A stretch of 64,000 nt of DNA. It comes from Lama glama (lineage: Eukaryota). The translations under genes and the position numbers were made by a program. The first letter of the stretch is position 1. Each line of letters opens with the position of its first letter. Below the pieces are notes generated by a model. The model saw only the letters and a program-made list of their open reading frames with translations. It was not told the origin of the DNA and ran no database searches. Location: NCBI GenBank assembly GCA_028534125.1, contig CM052816.1:31064001-31128000 (forward strand), written 5' to 3'. This document shows, one piece after another, positions 26,694-41,265 of this stretch.

Positions 26694-29600
26694 GAGGTGA
26701 CAAGTTTAAAAGTCTAAATGGCTGCTGTGGGGACCGGCTGAGGAGCTTTCGAACCACTGGAGGCATTGCCATGGGAACAGGCAACAACATGAGTCTGCAT
26801 AACTGGGTACCTTCCTCACAGACAGCTTGAGAGAGATGTAGAGGGAGTCACACGTTTTATCTGAAGTACTTCCTAAACTTTGTGCTAAATGTATCCTTTG
26901 TTTTCAGTTATGATCTTAAAGCAAAAAAAAGTGCCAGAATAAAAATGTATTTGCCAAACTTTGAAGACTGTCAAATTTGGAAGCATTAAATTGAAAAATT
27001 GAAATAAACTTTGGTGGGGAAAAAACCCAAATCTGTTTCAATGACGTCTTGGTTTTGTTCTCTATGTAAAACTTAAAGTACATACGAATGGCCAGCAGAG
27101 GGAGCCAAAACCACGCATATAGCCTTCTTTTCTTAACAAAGCTTTTAGGAAAGTGCATTAAGAATTGTAAAATGCAAATGAACCTCATCTTCCAAGAATA
27201 TATGCAAAAACCATATAAATCATATAACTTAATGCTACTCTGATGCCAAGTACATTAGGGAAAATTTCAAAGCTAGAAAGGGATTCTGAATGTCCAGCAG
27301 TTCAAAGGAGCAGCATCCCCCACAGTCCTCCCTCCCGCGCCCCCTTCCTCTTTTCTCTCTGGGGCCAGTCTGTAGCAACTCCTCAAAGCTAGGTAATCTG
27401 TATTCTATTTCAGTGCAAACATCCTGTGAGTTTTATCAGCACTTATCTCCTCCTGTTGCTGGGAGCGTACTGGTTACAGGTGTGCTGACAAAAAGCAGGA
27501 GGGCCTCTGGCTCAGACCGCTTAAGTTAGGCCTCAGGTGTAACCTGGGAAAGAGAAGGGACACATTTCTTGTGGAAGTTTTGTTTGAAAAAATCTGCTGC
27601 CCCTAAATACTTGTGTCTTTCCATTTTCTGCATGATCCCTGCGTTAGTTAGGGTATGCTGTTTATAAACAAGAGAATCCAGCTATGACATACTTAGGGAA
27701 GGCATTTCTTGAAAGGAGACTATCCTTTAAATAGTCTATAACTAAAATCTGGGGGAAATACTTTATAGTTAAAAATGACAATGAGAGTTTATTTTGAACA
27801 ACTTTATGTTAACAAATTGGAAAATTTATATTCAATGGGTAACTCCTAGAAAAATACAACTCTCCAAAACTGACATTAGAATAGAATAAAACAGAATAGA
27901 ACTATTTTTACAAATCCATATACTATTAAACACCTTCCTATAAAAACCAACCAACCAACAAACCAACCACAGGCCCAAATGCCTTCACTGTTTAAGTTCC
28001 AGCAAATATTTAAGAAATATTTGGGAACCAAAAGTCATCTGAAACAAAGCCTTCCAGAGAAGAAAAAAAAAAAAAGAGCTAGTAGCCCCCAGTCCTGTGA
28101 GACTGGCGTTACCCGATATCAAAGCCCAACCGGGGACTTCCACTTCCACAAAAATGGGTTACACGTACTTTTTCCTGTTTCTCTCAGTATGTACAGGTTA
28201 ATAGGCAAAACATGATAAATAAAACAAACACAAGGCGGCTCTGAAAAATAGCGAGGGGAAGGCAGACTGCATTGGGAACTTGGACACGAGGAATGACGCG
28301 CTGGTAAGTGGCCTGGATTTTCTTTCTATTTCATATAGCTCAGGTTTAAAAAAAATTAGTTTTTTCTTACCCATTGTATCTTTGTCACATAGTAGAGTAT
28401 CTGGCAAATAGGAGGTACCTGATGAATAAATGAGTGAATAGATGGTCACTAAGTAGTGTATCTGCTAAGCATTCAGGACTACTGAATTCACTCTCAGAGG
28501 AAGAACAAACTCAAGCCCTAATCTCTTGGAATTTATTATATCTGACCTAAGCATTGGCCAATTTAAAAAGAACCATGCAAAGTGAGGGGGGAAATTTGGC
28601 TGAAACTACAAACTATAAACACAAAATAAACTGCTTGTTAGATTATGGATAGTGATGGTAAGAAGGTTATTTCCCTTCCATACAGTGAAGAAAAATACTA
28701 TGGAAAAAGCAGAACTTTAGGAAATCGGTGAATATGAAAAAGAATATTCTAAATCAAGGATTAAAATACACGTTATGAAAAAGAAACAAAAGTATGAACA
28801 CTGCTAAGGCTACATGATATGTATGGCCCACTGTCCGAAGTAACCTGAAAAATGTATTCTGCCGTTACAGACACTACAGAGAATGAAGGGAAAAGAAACA
28901 GTAAAGGGGAAAAAGCAAGACGTAGGCATTTTCTTTTAATTACTTTATACAAGATATAAGCTAACGTAAAGCACTCAGTGCCTAGCAATTGCTAAGTGTC
29001 AATAAATACTAGACAATCAAGAATCCACACATCGATGGCACCTGCTCACAGGGCCACTTTGCTTGCTCCCGGGGACATCCTTTGCAGTGTCATCCACATG
29101 AAAGGATGTGTGTAGCCAACAGCCTGCATGGCCAAACACTGCAGCCTTGCTCACATAAGCATTTATGTTTCTGAGTATTTTAGAACTACAACCTGTGGTA
29201 GCCATAACACACCCAAGTTGGCATTGCTCACTTTCCAGGAAAAGCAAATAAATATATAAAGGAGAGCGTATATGATTCTTCTGTGAATTAGCATCCCAAG
29301 ATTCATACCTGTAATGGATTTAGGATACTGTGCTGGGGAGTGGGGCTGGGGGTGCAGAAGGATTGTCCCAGACGCTGTTTGCATACTCTTTCTCTTACAA
29401 ACTAGACTCAGATAAAGTATTCTGCAAATTGATGTGACGTGGCATTCCACGTGTAAATCCCTGCGTAAATGAGTACAGGGTGACTTGTTTAAATCCTTCA
29501 GGAAATAACAGTTTTTATCTGAATGACCTTCTGTGAAATAGCTTTCCTGACAATTTCTATATTTATTCATGAAGACACACTGTCAGCATTGCAAGATAGC

Positions 29601-30137
29601 CAGGAAGAAGGAGAAAAAAAATCCTATTACACTGACAGAACGATTTCCTTAGTTAATATAATCAGATAGTACAGCTATATTCCTTGTTAATCTGAATTTA
29701 CTTCAAACTAAAGAGCTATGTTTACTTTGTGATAACATTAGACATTTGCAAAATAAGTTTCTGACAATTCACATAAATTTATTTTTGCAATAATCAGGAG
29801 GCTTTTTAAAAAGGCACTGAATTGGCATTAGATCAAGATGAAATAAACTGATCTTTAAAAAAAGAACTTTGTCAGAGGTTTTGCTAGGCTTCCAGCAAAG
29901 CAGTATGAGGTGTCTGCTTAATAAACACACAATTTTTAACTTTATTATATTTTTTTGCTTTACCTGGAAAAGTTACTGATATGATTTGCCAACACACTTT
30001 TAAAACCAGATCATTTTAAACCAGATTTTCTTGTCTAATGTTTTAAGACTCTAGGACAAGAGGCAACAAAAGGGAAAGACACTTTAACATTAATTTGTCT
30101 GATTATTTTTTCATATGAAAATAAGACAACTATAAGG

Positions 30138-30314
30138 CAGCGTTCTCAAGTTTACCTGATTATGGAGGCCTACCTGGGGTGCTTGTTTAAAAGTATGGCT
30201 TCCCACACCTCACCTTAGAGGTTCTGATTCCTCAAGTTTGGGACGGGGCTCAGGAATGCAGATAATTAAAAGCACCTAGACAAGTTTCACAATCAGGTCA
30301 ATGAGGAACATACT
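30138..30314. mobile_element. MER5-type hAT MITE
   Basis: cagcgttctcaa ... cacct ... agaggttctgatt ... ggggctcaggaat pattern. Confidence 0.65.
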
Positions 30315-31054
30315 TGGTGCCACAGGAAGAAAACCGACCTTGTCTTAGGGTTCAAAACACCAAGAATGTCAGTGCTTCTGTGTGTCCTTAACCAAGTCAT
30401 TTGATCTCATTAGGTCTCAATTTCCTCATTAAAAAAACAAAACTAAACAATAACAAGTCTGTTTTTAGTGTATAAACAAAACCCCCTGAAGACAGGGACC
30501 AGCAGGGTTTTGCTCACAGCTCCCTCCCCTGTCCCTGGCACAAAGCAGCCTCTTGTTTACTATTTACTGACTAATTCACTAGTTAGACAACCTGTAAGAT
30601 TTCTTTTTCAACTTTACAATTATATGATTCTAAAATAAATAAGTAATGAAACAACTCATTTGGTCAGTCATTTACAAACTAACAGTTATTCTCAAAGCAA
30701 AAGGTAACAGAAACCAAAAAAGGAGCCCATTCCTTTTGCCTGGGCTCAGGGCTGCACATTCCTGGTGCGTATTTCAGAGGATCTGACCTGGGTGCTGTGA
30801 TTTCGTATCCTGCTCACAGGGTTGTGATGGTGAAAGGCAGTGAATTGGAAGCACGTAGCTCAAAGTCGAGTCTGGAAAACCCAGTAAATTCTGTGGAAAA
30901 CAGAGTCAGTTCTCTTGCTACACATACAGGAATACTGTAGGATGACTTGCAGGATTTTTGTTACTTCAGTCCCAAAACATACTGTCAAGTAACAAGTCTA
31001 GAGTTATCAGGAACCTTCCCTGGCACCCGGGACTGTGTAGTCATAAGTGAAATG

Positions 31055-31237
31055 ATGATCTTTCAAGTCCCCACACCAGCAGCAACAACACCCCCTGGGA
31101 AATGCAAATTCTTGAGTGCCGCCCCAGACCTAATGAATCAGAAACCCTGGACGTGGGACACCAAAGCTACAATAAAACAGGACTTCTGGGTGGTTTTCTA
31201 TAAACCTCCTACAGTATATCAGGATTGAGAAAACCAC
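31055..31237. mobile_element. MER5A-type hAT MITE
   Basis: aaatgcaaattcttg ... gccccagaccta.tgaatcagaaac ... ttgagaa pattern. Confidence 0.65.
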
Positions 31238-31401
31238 ATCATGTATCTAGTCAACTGTGTATCAATACACTCAATTAGCAAACATAACACATGGTTTTAT
31301 ATCATAACTTAAGTTTCCTCCTTTTGAAAAAAAAAACTTGAAATACTCATCCTGAAATTGAAAAAAAAAGTAAATCACTGGCTTTTAAAATATTCAAGTC
31401 C

Positions 31402-31601
31402 TAACTACTATATATAAAATAGATAAATAGCAAGGTCCTACTGTACAGCACAGGGAATTATATTCAACACCTTGTAATAACCTACAGTGAAAAAGAATAT
31501 GAAAAGGAATGTGTGTGTGTATATATATATATATCTGAATCACTATATTGTACACCAGGAATTAACACATTGTAAACTGACTATAATTCAATTAAAAAAG
31601 G
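31402..31601 (+). mobile_element. Short L1 3'UTR fragment with TSD
   Basis: Perfect 12-bp TSD atattcaagtcc at 31390-31401 and 31602-31613. Confidence 0.88.
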
Positions 31602-31923
31602 ATATTCAAGTCCCAATTTTTCCATTTTACAAGTACAAATTTTTAATTAAAGTATCACCAATACCAAATTTCAATATTATTAAAATACTAACAATAGAAA
31701 ATGAGACTGTGGGTATACAGTACCAAGTCCCAAGGTTCTGAGGTTTTTCTTAATTCAAATAGCAATTCTGATTTAGAACTGAGGCTGTGTGAGATCCTAG
31801 GGGTGTAACTAGACATTAAAAATTCACGATACTGTGTTCTGCGTCAAGACAAGCTCCCAGCTGCAGAATGCTGAAAATCCTCCAACTACATTTTCTCAGG
31901 TACCAGCAAAGAGGAGAGGACTT

Positions 31924-31929
31924 TTTATT
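31924..31929 (-). terminator. Candidate ARL14EPL poly(A) signal AATAAA
   Basis: First minus-strand AATAAA I saw downstream of the stop, about 280 nt away. Confidence 0.45.
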
Positions 31930-32208
31930 CTGAGAGCCGAGGAGAGATGGAGGTGCTGCGCTGCCGTCCATCGGCTGCTGGTCCCCGGGTTACAGGGCAA
32001 GGGCTGTGAGGAGTCACAGCCGGAAGGTCAGAGGGTGGCCGCGCATCGCACACCGCGCTCCGGCTTCGGAGAACGCGAGTTTTAAGGATGTCTGCTGTTG
32101 TTGTTGTTGTTGTTGCTGTTTTAACATTTTCCCCAAGCCCTAAAACTCCCCCAAGAGGAGGAGGTTGGCTTAAACGCAGAGAAGGCCCAGGGGGCCGGAG
32201 GGCAGCGC

Positions 32209-32508
<300 letters not shown>

Positions 32509-33679
32509 TCACACAGAGGCTGCCTTTACCCCGGGCAAGCAGCAGCCGGGGAGGCCCCAGCCACCCTTGAGAATTGTGTTACGGCAGCGATGCCCTGGGA
32601 AAGTCACTCAGTGTGCCACCAATGGCCAGCGCAGCCAGGCCTGCCACTCAGAGTAACGCTGCGTTTTTCTGGCTTGCTGGAGCATGTAATAGCCCACCTA
32701 CACAGATTTTGAGGAAGAGCTGATGAAAAGCTATCAAAAGCTTCCTTCAACAAATTTTTACTTAAAAATATAACCACTCTTGATGGCGTCTCCCCTAATA
32801 AATTACCTTCTTTTTTTTTTCTGCCCTAAGAAGTACTATAGTGAATACAATTACATTTTGAATGACTCAAGACAGACATTAGAACTGTCAGTTAGTATGC
32901 CAATGCCGTTAAAAACAAAAACAAAAAACAAACTGAAAGCTCCTTTGCCAAGAGTCTCCAGATGCCACTGCTTCAGTAGCTTTCTGATTCCTTGTTGCAC
33001 CCAGTGTGGAGGGAGAAAGCAGGTGACCGTGGGAGTAGGGTCTGTCATAAGCTCTGAGTGAAGCTGGATGCTCTGTCCCAGGGGAGAGCCCCAGCGTCTA
33101 CACCTGGCCCTCCGCCAGCCTCTCTAACATAGCCAGGAAGCAAAACGCTTTCACCAGAATTATGCCACCCTCTCAAAACCAAACTAATTTGAAATGAATC
33201 ATTCAAAACCAAGCTGCTTGAAACCCTTAGCACAACAAAAGTACCTCTTTACATCCTGTGTCCTTTACTACCAGTGGAGTCAAAAGGGCTGTGAAATCAG
33301 GACTTTCTGCATTCTTGGCTCCCAAGCAGGCATGGCACCTCCTTCCCTTTCTGTTACGCAGTGCTGCTCCATCCCCTTCCCTCTCCTCATAAAGTGGGGA
33401 TGGTTAAGGATCATTATGCAGACATGCCTGATTATCTCACTTGAGCAAGAATGCCTTTTCCAACGAGGATTTACATTTAAAGCATTTCCTCTAAGGAACG
33501 AGAGCTCCCACACCCACCAGGAAATGCAGGTGTCAGCAGACAAGGAGACGCAAAATTTCTTACTGGAATGGCAGGAGTGGGTGGTCACACAGCCAACAGA
33601 GAGGTCGGCTCAGACTCCTCCTCCTCCCTGTGCCTTCACCTAAACACTCCCTGCCTTGCTCAGACATCCAGACATAGAT

Positions 33680-34630
33680 CGTACAGTTTCCTGCCCATCT
33701 GATGCTATCTTTTATAAAACTCCAAGCTATCATATGTGCATAAAGTGTACAGACCATCCATTCACAGATAAAGAAGAATAAAACACTTCCTCGTGCCCAT
33801 TGCCCAGCTTAATAAAGGAGTGTTGCGCCTCTGACGCCTCCTCATGCCCCACCCACTGCAACCCTCAACCTGGCCCTCTGAGAGGAACCACACACCTGAA
33901 TGTTATAAAAATCATCTCGTTTTACTGTTAATTATGCCATATGTGTATGTATCTCCAAGTGCATTGCCTTTTCCCTCCTGTAATTTGCTTTTTAAATTTG
34001 ACATCAGGATTTCAGATCCATCCATGGTGGTGTAAGTAGAAGGAGTCGAGTGTCTTCACTTCTATATGTATTCCACGGCACAGACGCACAAGCTACGCAT
34101 CTTTTCCATCATGGATGGCCTTGTGGATGATTATTACTTTCTTCGCTATTGCAGGGACGCTATGAATTTCTCAGACATGTCCTATTGCACATGTGTAAGA
34201 GTTCTTCCAGGATATACACCCAGGAGTGAGGATGTTGGGTCACAAGGTACACAGGTAATGCCAAGCTGTTTTAAAATAGTGATTGCACTATTTTACATTC
34301 AATTCACGTCCCATACCTTCATCAACAGTGCTGTCAGAAGACTAAACTTTTTGCCTATCTGGGCAGCGGGGCACTTGACAAACTGTACCAGTGAGGATCA
34401 GTATCCTGAATGTGCCTTAGCCTTTTCTTCTATGAAATGTCTGTTCAGTTCATTTTTCTCTTAGGATGTCCATCTTTTTCTTATAGACTTGCACACTGAC
34501 CTTTTAGATCGTAAATAACCTCTACCTTGTGATATTTCTCTCATTATTTTTAGAGTGTCTTGCAATGGGCATAAATTCTTAATTTTAATGTAGTCAAAAG
34601 TATCAGCCTTTTCCTTTATGGTTTTCTTAA
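33680..34630 (-). mobile_element. Very old L1 (L1ME-like) 3' remnant in the last ARL14EPL intron
   Basis: Decayed agatccatccatg ... ggatatacacccaggagtg ... ttaattttaatgtagtcaaa motifs. Confidence 0.6.
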
Positions 34631-35004
34631 TTTATGCCTCTGATGTGCTAGCTATAATGGAATTTATGATACTTCTGTGGCCATTTGATACTCAAATTCT
34701 TTCCCACAGTGATACTATTTCTCCTTTTAATGATACATCTTTCTTACTTTTAATCATCTTTCCTACTACACTATTACTCTAGTGCAAGGACTTCTGAAGC
34801 CTGTTTTCACGAAATTGATGCCTAGTTTGGGAGTATAGTCTATTTCTTGAAATTGCTAACTTCCAGATGTGATGGGGTGATACTGTACTTTATAAAATAT
34901 ATTTTAAAATCATAAAAAAGGAGGCATCTTTTAATTACTTAGCTCTGTCAAGGAGAATTCATGCATTTCATAATCCCACAGATCAAGTATAAATCATGAT
35001 CTTA

Positions 35005-35145
<141 letters not shown>

Positions 35146-35225
35146 CTATGAGACAAATAAAATGTATTAGTAGTAAGAACCAGATAGTTTTATCTGTTAT
35201 ATGTTGTATCAAAATTAAGTTTCTG

Positions 35226-35423
35226 ACACTAATATATATAAAATAAACAAGGACCTACTATATAGCACAGGGAACTATATTCAATTTCTTATAATAACAT
35301 ATAATGGAAAAGAATCTGAAAATATATGTATATATGTATGTATATGTCTAACTGAATCACTTTGCTCTACACCTGAAACTAACATTGTAAATCAACTACA
35401 CCTTAATTAAAAACAAAATTTTT
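35226..35423 (+). mobile_element. Short L1 3'UTR fragment with TSD, in an ARL14EPL intron
   Basis: 14-bp TSD aaat(t/g)aagtttctg at 35212-35225 and 35424-35437. Confidence 0.88.
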
Positions 35424-36921
35424 AAATGAAGTTTCTGTAGCAGTTACCATAATGGCATGAAAGTTCAGTTGTTTTACCTAGAGAAATAAACAGTTTGATC
35501 TGATTAAGTTTCAAAGGATGATGTAAATTTTTCAAATTAGGTCATTCTTTCTCAATAAATAAATACATAGTGTAAAAGTTGTATGATAAAATATTTAAAT
35601 AATCAAGGGAGAAATGAAGAATTCCTTTTATACTTTCAAAACAACACTTGGCTTCTCAAATCTGCTGAGGATGAAAGTCAGAATTAGCATTTTATGGATA
35701 AGGACAAGGGGGTAAAAGCCCTTCCACCCAGGTTGTGTCTCAAAACACAAAGTGCACACAGCCCTCCCCTTCAGTGCTCTAGGACGTGTCTCAGAACTCA
35801 CTCCCAGGGAGTGTGGACCCCATCAGGGCTCCGACGCAGAAGGAAGCCACCTGAAGGAGCCATTCTCAGTCAAAGCCAGACTGGAAGCAGAAAATCTGGC
35901 TGGAATGACATTCTAGAGTGTTTTTAGAAATTTTCAAAAGTCTCTGGTTGGAGATATTTATAATTAGAAATTAAATGGGTCCTAATCGAAAAGACAAGTA
36001 ATAAGGATGCTTCAATCAATCCTAACAACTTATTTTGAACATGCAGCACTTCTGTCATGAGGGAAAGGAATGCTCCTTTGAAGGATTTTAGAAGAAAATA
36101 ACCGGAGTGGCCCCCAAACACTTAGGCTAACATGTACATGAAATACTACATTCGGAAACAAAAGGGAAACTTTCAGTGTATGAATTTCAGTGTAACACAT
36201 TAGTGGCAGAATCTCAGGTTTTTCTGTAGCTCATTTAGTGTAACAATAGTCTAGTCAGGCTAAAATAATATCACGTATGTTTCTTTAAACTGTCATTTCG
36301 TTGTGCATGTACGGCTTTGTTTTACAAACTTAACCTTATGAAGCAATCCTGTATTTAGGTACAGATGTGCAGTAAGTAGAACTTAGTACCATGTATTATT
36401 ATTCTCAGTAGCAAAACAAGAGTTTAAGAATGTCTGTGCCTGTGCTCAGATCTTGGCTCAGCCACATGTTACTGGTGTGCCTTGAGTCACTTTCCACTTC
36501 TTCAAAGCCCCTGTTTCTCCTCTTGCAAACTAGGTTAAAACAGTATCTTGTGATAAGGGTTAGGCGAGTGAACATAAGCCAAGTTTTAGAACCATGGCTA
36601 GCATGTAATTGGGAAAAACACAAGAGTTTGTTGAATACAAATACTTGACCATGTTCTCTACACACATTCTACTCCAAGGGCACGATTTTATTGCACAGGA
36701 CGCTGTGGGCAGAGAAGCTCAGAGGAGATACGTGAGGTGAGACCAGTCTAGTGACGCGCAGAGTTAAGAGGAGGGGATACCCAGTCGGCACAAGGGAACA
36801 GAGATCCTTCTGGGGCAGTCCCGTCTAGGTCCATCTTCCCACCCAAATCCAGAGCATCTCAGAGATCCGCAAGTTGGGAGCCCCTCAAATACCATGCAAT
36901 CACAGTAACCACATGCCTTAC

Positions 36922-37017
36922 CAGTTGCTTCTGCTCGAGGTGACAGTTTTTCTCAGGAGAACTTTGACCTGCATGTCTCTCTTGAGTAGAACCATTTTTT
37001 TCTGATTGTTCACTCAT
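36922..37017 (-). CDS. ARL14EPL: ARL14EPL first coding exon (MSEQSEKNGSTQERHAGQSSPEKNCHLEQKQL); the exon begins at 37026 with 9 nt of 5'UTR
   Basis: T-rich AG acceptor at 37027-37028, ATG at 37017, donor GTAAGG; 96 nt; resembles the remembered human N-terminus MNEQSEKNNSIQERH. The acceptor implies a non-coding exon further upstream. Confidence 0.9.
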
Positions 37018-37639
37018 TTCTGATCGCTAAAAAAAGTAACTGGAAAAAAAGTAAAACACATGAATAGCATACCTCCCCATAACTGAATCCTGTGACCTTC
37101 CTGCTCTCTCCTTACATCTTACTTTCTTTCAAAGCCAGACTTACTGGAAAAGTCACTCGCTTTCCTGGCTTCTTTTTGTACCACTCACTCTGAAATCCTG
37201 CATCTGACTCCCCCAGAACACCAGGCTCTTCTCTGCCTGGTGTTCCACGAGCAAGTTGGCTGTACCTTTTACAGTTCTTTGCATCATGGACCTGGCTGCA
37301 GCAGGCAACATGGGGCCATTCACTCCCACTTAGGAGCACTAGGAATCCTCAGACCTCCATTCTTCCCCCTTTACACTTACTACCTTGAAAAAGAGGAAGA
37401 CCTGTTAACGTCGTACATCCCCAGTGACTTTGTGAAATCTTATCTGCTCCCGGGGTTTCTCTTCAGAAATCACTGCCCAGGCTGCCTCTGAAAGCCCTGA
37501 GCCCCTCACTTTCACTCGAGTTTCTGTTACAGTTTTCATACAACTTGGGCTAAATGAAAGTCCTCAGCTTTCCCTAAAACTCAGCTGCTAAAATGCCTGT
37601 AATTTACTTTGAAATACTTCAGTGTATATACAAGACGCC

Positions 37640-37662
37640 TGTGTGTGTGTGTGTGTGTGTGT
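37640..37662. repeat. (TG)11 microsatellite
   Basis: Seen directly. Confidence 0.95.
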
Positions 37663-38149
37663 CTCAGGTGACGCTAACACAGGGAACCACTCACAAATGC
37701 ACCATCCAGGCTGCTCTGCGGTACTGTGTCCGAGAGGACCACACCCCAGAGGAGACTTCCCCAGTCCTGCTGCCTCCCTGTCTCTCATCAGCTACCCTTG
37801 CTGAGTGCAGGGCATTGCTTTTACCAAAGGAACCTGAGAGTTACGCTTTATCAATTCACTTAGCACCACCAGTCTGCCTGCCAACTGGAAATTCTGCTTC
37901 TTCCAATGTCTCTTCATTCTCTGTGTCTAGGGTGAGACCTGGATTGCTCACTCTTCTGTATCCCCGTCTCTGATTCCCAACATTAAGTTAGGAAGTCATG
38001 TTGATTTTTCTTTCCTAATATACCTAAGATTGATTCTTCCTTTCCATTCTCTACCAGGTAGAAGCCACCTAAAGAGAGCAGTGGTGGTAGTAATAGTAGC
38101 AAAGTGGTGGTGGTGGTGGGGGAGGAGGAGGAGGAGGAGGACCACCTTG

Positions 38150-38668
38150 CCCTTGACCAAGGTGGCCTTAAGGTTCCCGTCAACATGACTTAACTTTAGA
38201 TGGATTTCTTCCTGACTCTGCTCTGACCTCTGTTTTCTTAGATCATTTATTTCAGAAAACTTGTCATTGTCAATTCTTTCCCTGCTCCATTGAGATATGA
38301 ATCTTCTCCCAGCCTCCTGCCAGTTTTACAACCCCAGAATGTCTTTCCCATGGACTAGGAGTCATCCCTTTGAAATGTAATCAGCCAGAAGGATAGGGCC
38401 CCTATTTGCCAACCTCTGTGGGAAGGTAGAAGCAAAATTTGCTAATTGGTGGGCAATGATCAGCAAACACAGGTGGCTAATCACAGAGAAAAACATTTGC
38501 AAACTTGGGAATGACACATCCCAAGGATCAGTCTCTCCCCTAAAGCGCTCTAGTATTTCCCTCGAACCTTTCATTTCAGCGGAGATGAGTTCAGACTATC
38601 AGATTTTGATAGCCTTGAATAAAATTTTCTTTGCCTGTTTAACTTTGGTGCAGTTTTTGCTTTGATAG
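38150..38668 (+). mobile_element. ERV1-type solo LTR (MER34-like)
   Basis: 3' end aataaaattttctttgcctgtttaactttggtgcagtttttgctttgata resembles remembered MER34-group ends; 5' boundary uncertain. Confidence 0.6.
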
Positions 38669-39749
38669 CCTCACATGCAATGTCACATCTGATCAGCCAA
38701 ACATTCCTGGGGAGCACTTGCCAAGTGGCCTGGAAATAAAATCACATGGAGCTTTTTTTTTACATGATGAATTCCCTGTCAAATCCCAGCCCTTCATAAC
38801 TGGGGTTCTGATTTCCAGAGGGAAACCGTGGTGCTCCGGATGACGAATAAGCTCTCCAGACGGACCCTATTTCCCAGTTAAAGGAGATGTTAGGGTAGGT
38901 CTCATTTTCTTGGTCCAGTTTTGCCACGTGATCCTAAAACTATCATCCACATTTTCTTCCTGCCCCACATTCATCCAGATCACCGTGGTCATGTTGATAC
39001 TTCTAAATCAGAAACGTCTTTATCCTATTTCTATGAAAAGACTTCAGTGACTCCCCTCTGCCAGTAGCATCCCACATCCCTGGTGTTATCAGTGAAGGTC
39101 CATCACAACCGGCTCGGAAGACCTGTCCAGGCTCACCTCCCCGCATTCCTTCCCTCGGGCCAGCGCTACTGACCTCCCTGCTCCCATCACGACTCCTCCT
39201 AACCTAACATCTCCTTCCTAACTCAACCCCCTCCCCGCCCCCCCCACTTTGAACTTTCTCTGCTAACTCTCTGCTCCAAGAAGCCTCCCTATCACTCTCA
39301 TCCTCGAAGATCCCTTTCTCTCCTGGGCTCTGTGTGGAGCTTCCTCAAGAAACTTGCCCCAGGAGGGGCCCTAAACCCTCTAGCTTCTTCATAACAAATT
39401 TTCTTCCACATGGGAATAGATGTGATTTTATGATCATCTTTGCAAGAACTTCTTCTGAAAGAGCATCCATTTAACTGCATTGAGATAAATGAGTATTGTA
39501 TGCAAATCCTCCACCCAAGTTGCTGTTAAGCCCTCTGTGAACTAGAGGTCTCTGCAAATAGATGAGGGGTGGAAACGTGCTCCTTCGCATTCTGAATGAA
39601 GCAAATAGAAGTTACAGTCGAATTTCACCAGGGCCTGAAATTGTAATTGGATTTGGTTAGGAATATATATATGCCCCAGGCCAAAATATATGCCCCAGGA
39701 AAAGTAATAAAAATATTCAGAACTCCCTTTTTTTCCTTGCTTGGAATTC

Positions 39750-40245
39750 CCCAGGTAGGGGTTCTGAACCAGAGAAGGAGAGCCGGAGGTGGGGGGGGCC
39801 TTGAACTTGAGTAAAGAATACACGTTTATTTTCAGTAACCTCTAACTGAAATGCTGGCATTTCCTTTTATTATAAGGCACCCAGCAGACCACAGTAGTGT
39901 TAGTAGTGCTCTTGACTTTGTTGTCGATGAAAGCACTGATGTTTTCACCACCCATTATAGTTGTAGATATGGCAAAATGTTATTGACACTCATCACATCT
40001 TCAAAATGATGGTAGTTCTTAGACCTGCGGCTCGATCATATTTGATGCATTAATACTGAAGCACATATACTGCCATCGCAAATTGTTTTTAACATTTCGA
40101 TAACTGTATTTCAATATAACTGGTTTCCTCTGTAACCTTACAGATTTTATTTTATGCAATTAAAAACATCATTCTGAGAAATGGTCCATAGAGATAACAG
40201 TTGGCCAAAGCAGTCCATGACACAAAAAATAAGACTAAGGACCCC
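39750..40245. mobile_element. hAT-Charlie DNA transposon remnant
   Basis: Charlie-like terminal text (ttaaaaacatcattctgagaa ... gtccatgacacaaaaaa), recognised from memory. Confidence 0.55.
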
Positions 40246-41265
40246 GCCAAGAGGCAGGGAGAACCCGCCGCCGCCACCTCACTGATCCTGGTGCTGAGAC
40301 ATGTCTCCTCCTGGCTCTAGGTGTGCATTTCCAAGCACAGGGCTGAAACCACGTGGCACATCCTGGGGAACTGCATTTAATGGAACACAGAGTGTATGAC
40401 ATTGATTTAACCAGCTCTCTATTTTGTCCTAACATATGTCAGACTGCCCGTGAAAGATCCACGGTATGGTCTAACCCAAAGAGAAGAGGCTCCCCAAGCA
40501 GCAGACGGAACACAGACTTAAGCGCAGCCATCCTCTGAGTGTGGCCCAAGAATGGGGCAACTGGTTTGCACCTGGCTTTGGCCAGAATGGCAATCAACCA
40601 CTTCACTAAGTACACTGAGTAGTTTATCTGATATTTTCCTTCACAGCAAGACTGTCTTCTTGGAAGGAGGCAGTTCACTGATTTCCATTCTGGCCCAAGC
40701 TCCTGGATTCACCACGAACAGGAAGTTTGAGTAGCATGTGTTGGCCATGAGCCTCGCCTTCTTTCTGTAGTTAGTTCAGTTTTCACATGCAAGCTCCCAT
40801 CCCTATTAGGAATTCAGCTCTGGAAGCAGTCTTACACCTTTCTTTATCTCCCACCACAAGCAAGCCTAGAGCTAGTAAATAATTCGTGCTCGATAAATAC
40901 TTCATAAACATTAAGCTAATGGATGCTAATTATTAGGCACCTACTATGTGTCAAGCACTTTGCTAACCATTCTACAGATACTACTTTTTTTAATTCCGTT
41001 GTAGCACTCTGAACTAGATATTATCACCCGCATTTTACAGATGAGGAAACTGAGGCCCAGAAAGCTCATTTAGGCCTCAAAGGTTTAAAACCTAGATTTG
41101 TCTGGACCCTAACATGTTAAAGCTTCAAGATCTGTTTTAATGATGACCACCATCTCTACACAAGATATTGCTGAGGGATGGGATGTAATCAACAGAGCCT
41201 TTTCACAATGAAGCCTGGACTAGGAATGGGGGAAGGTGCATTTTAGATCATCTTGGGTCTGCCTC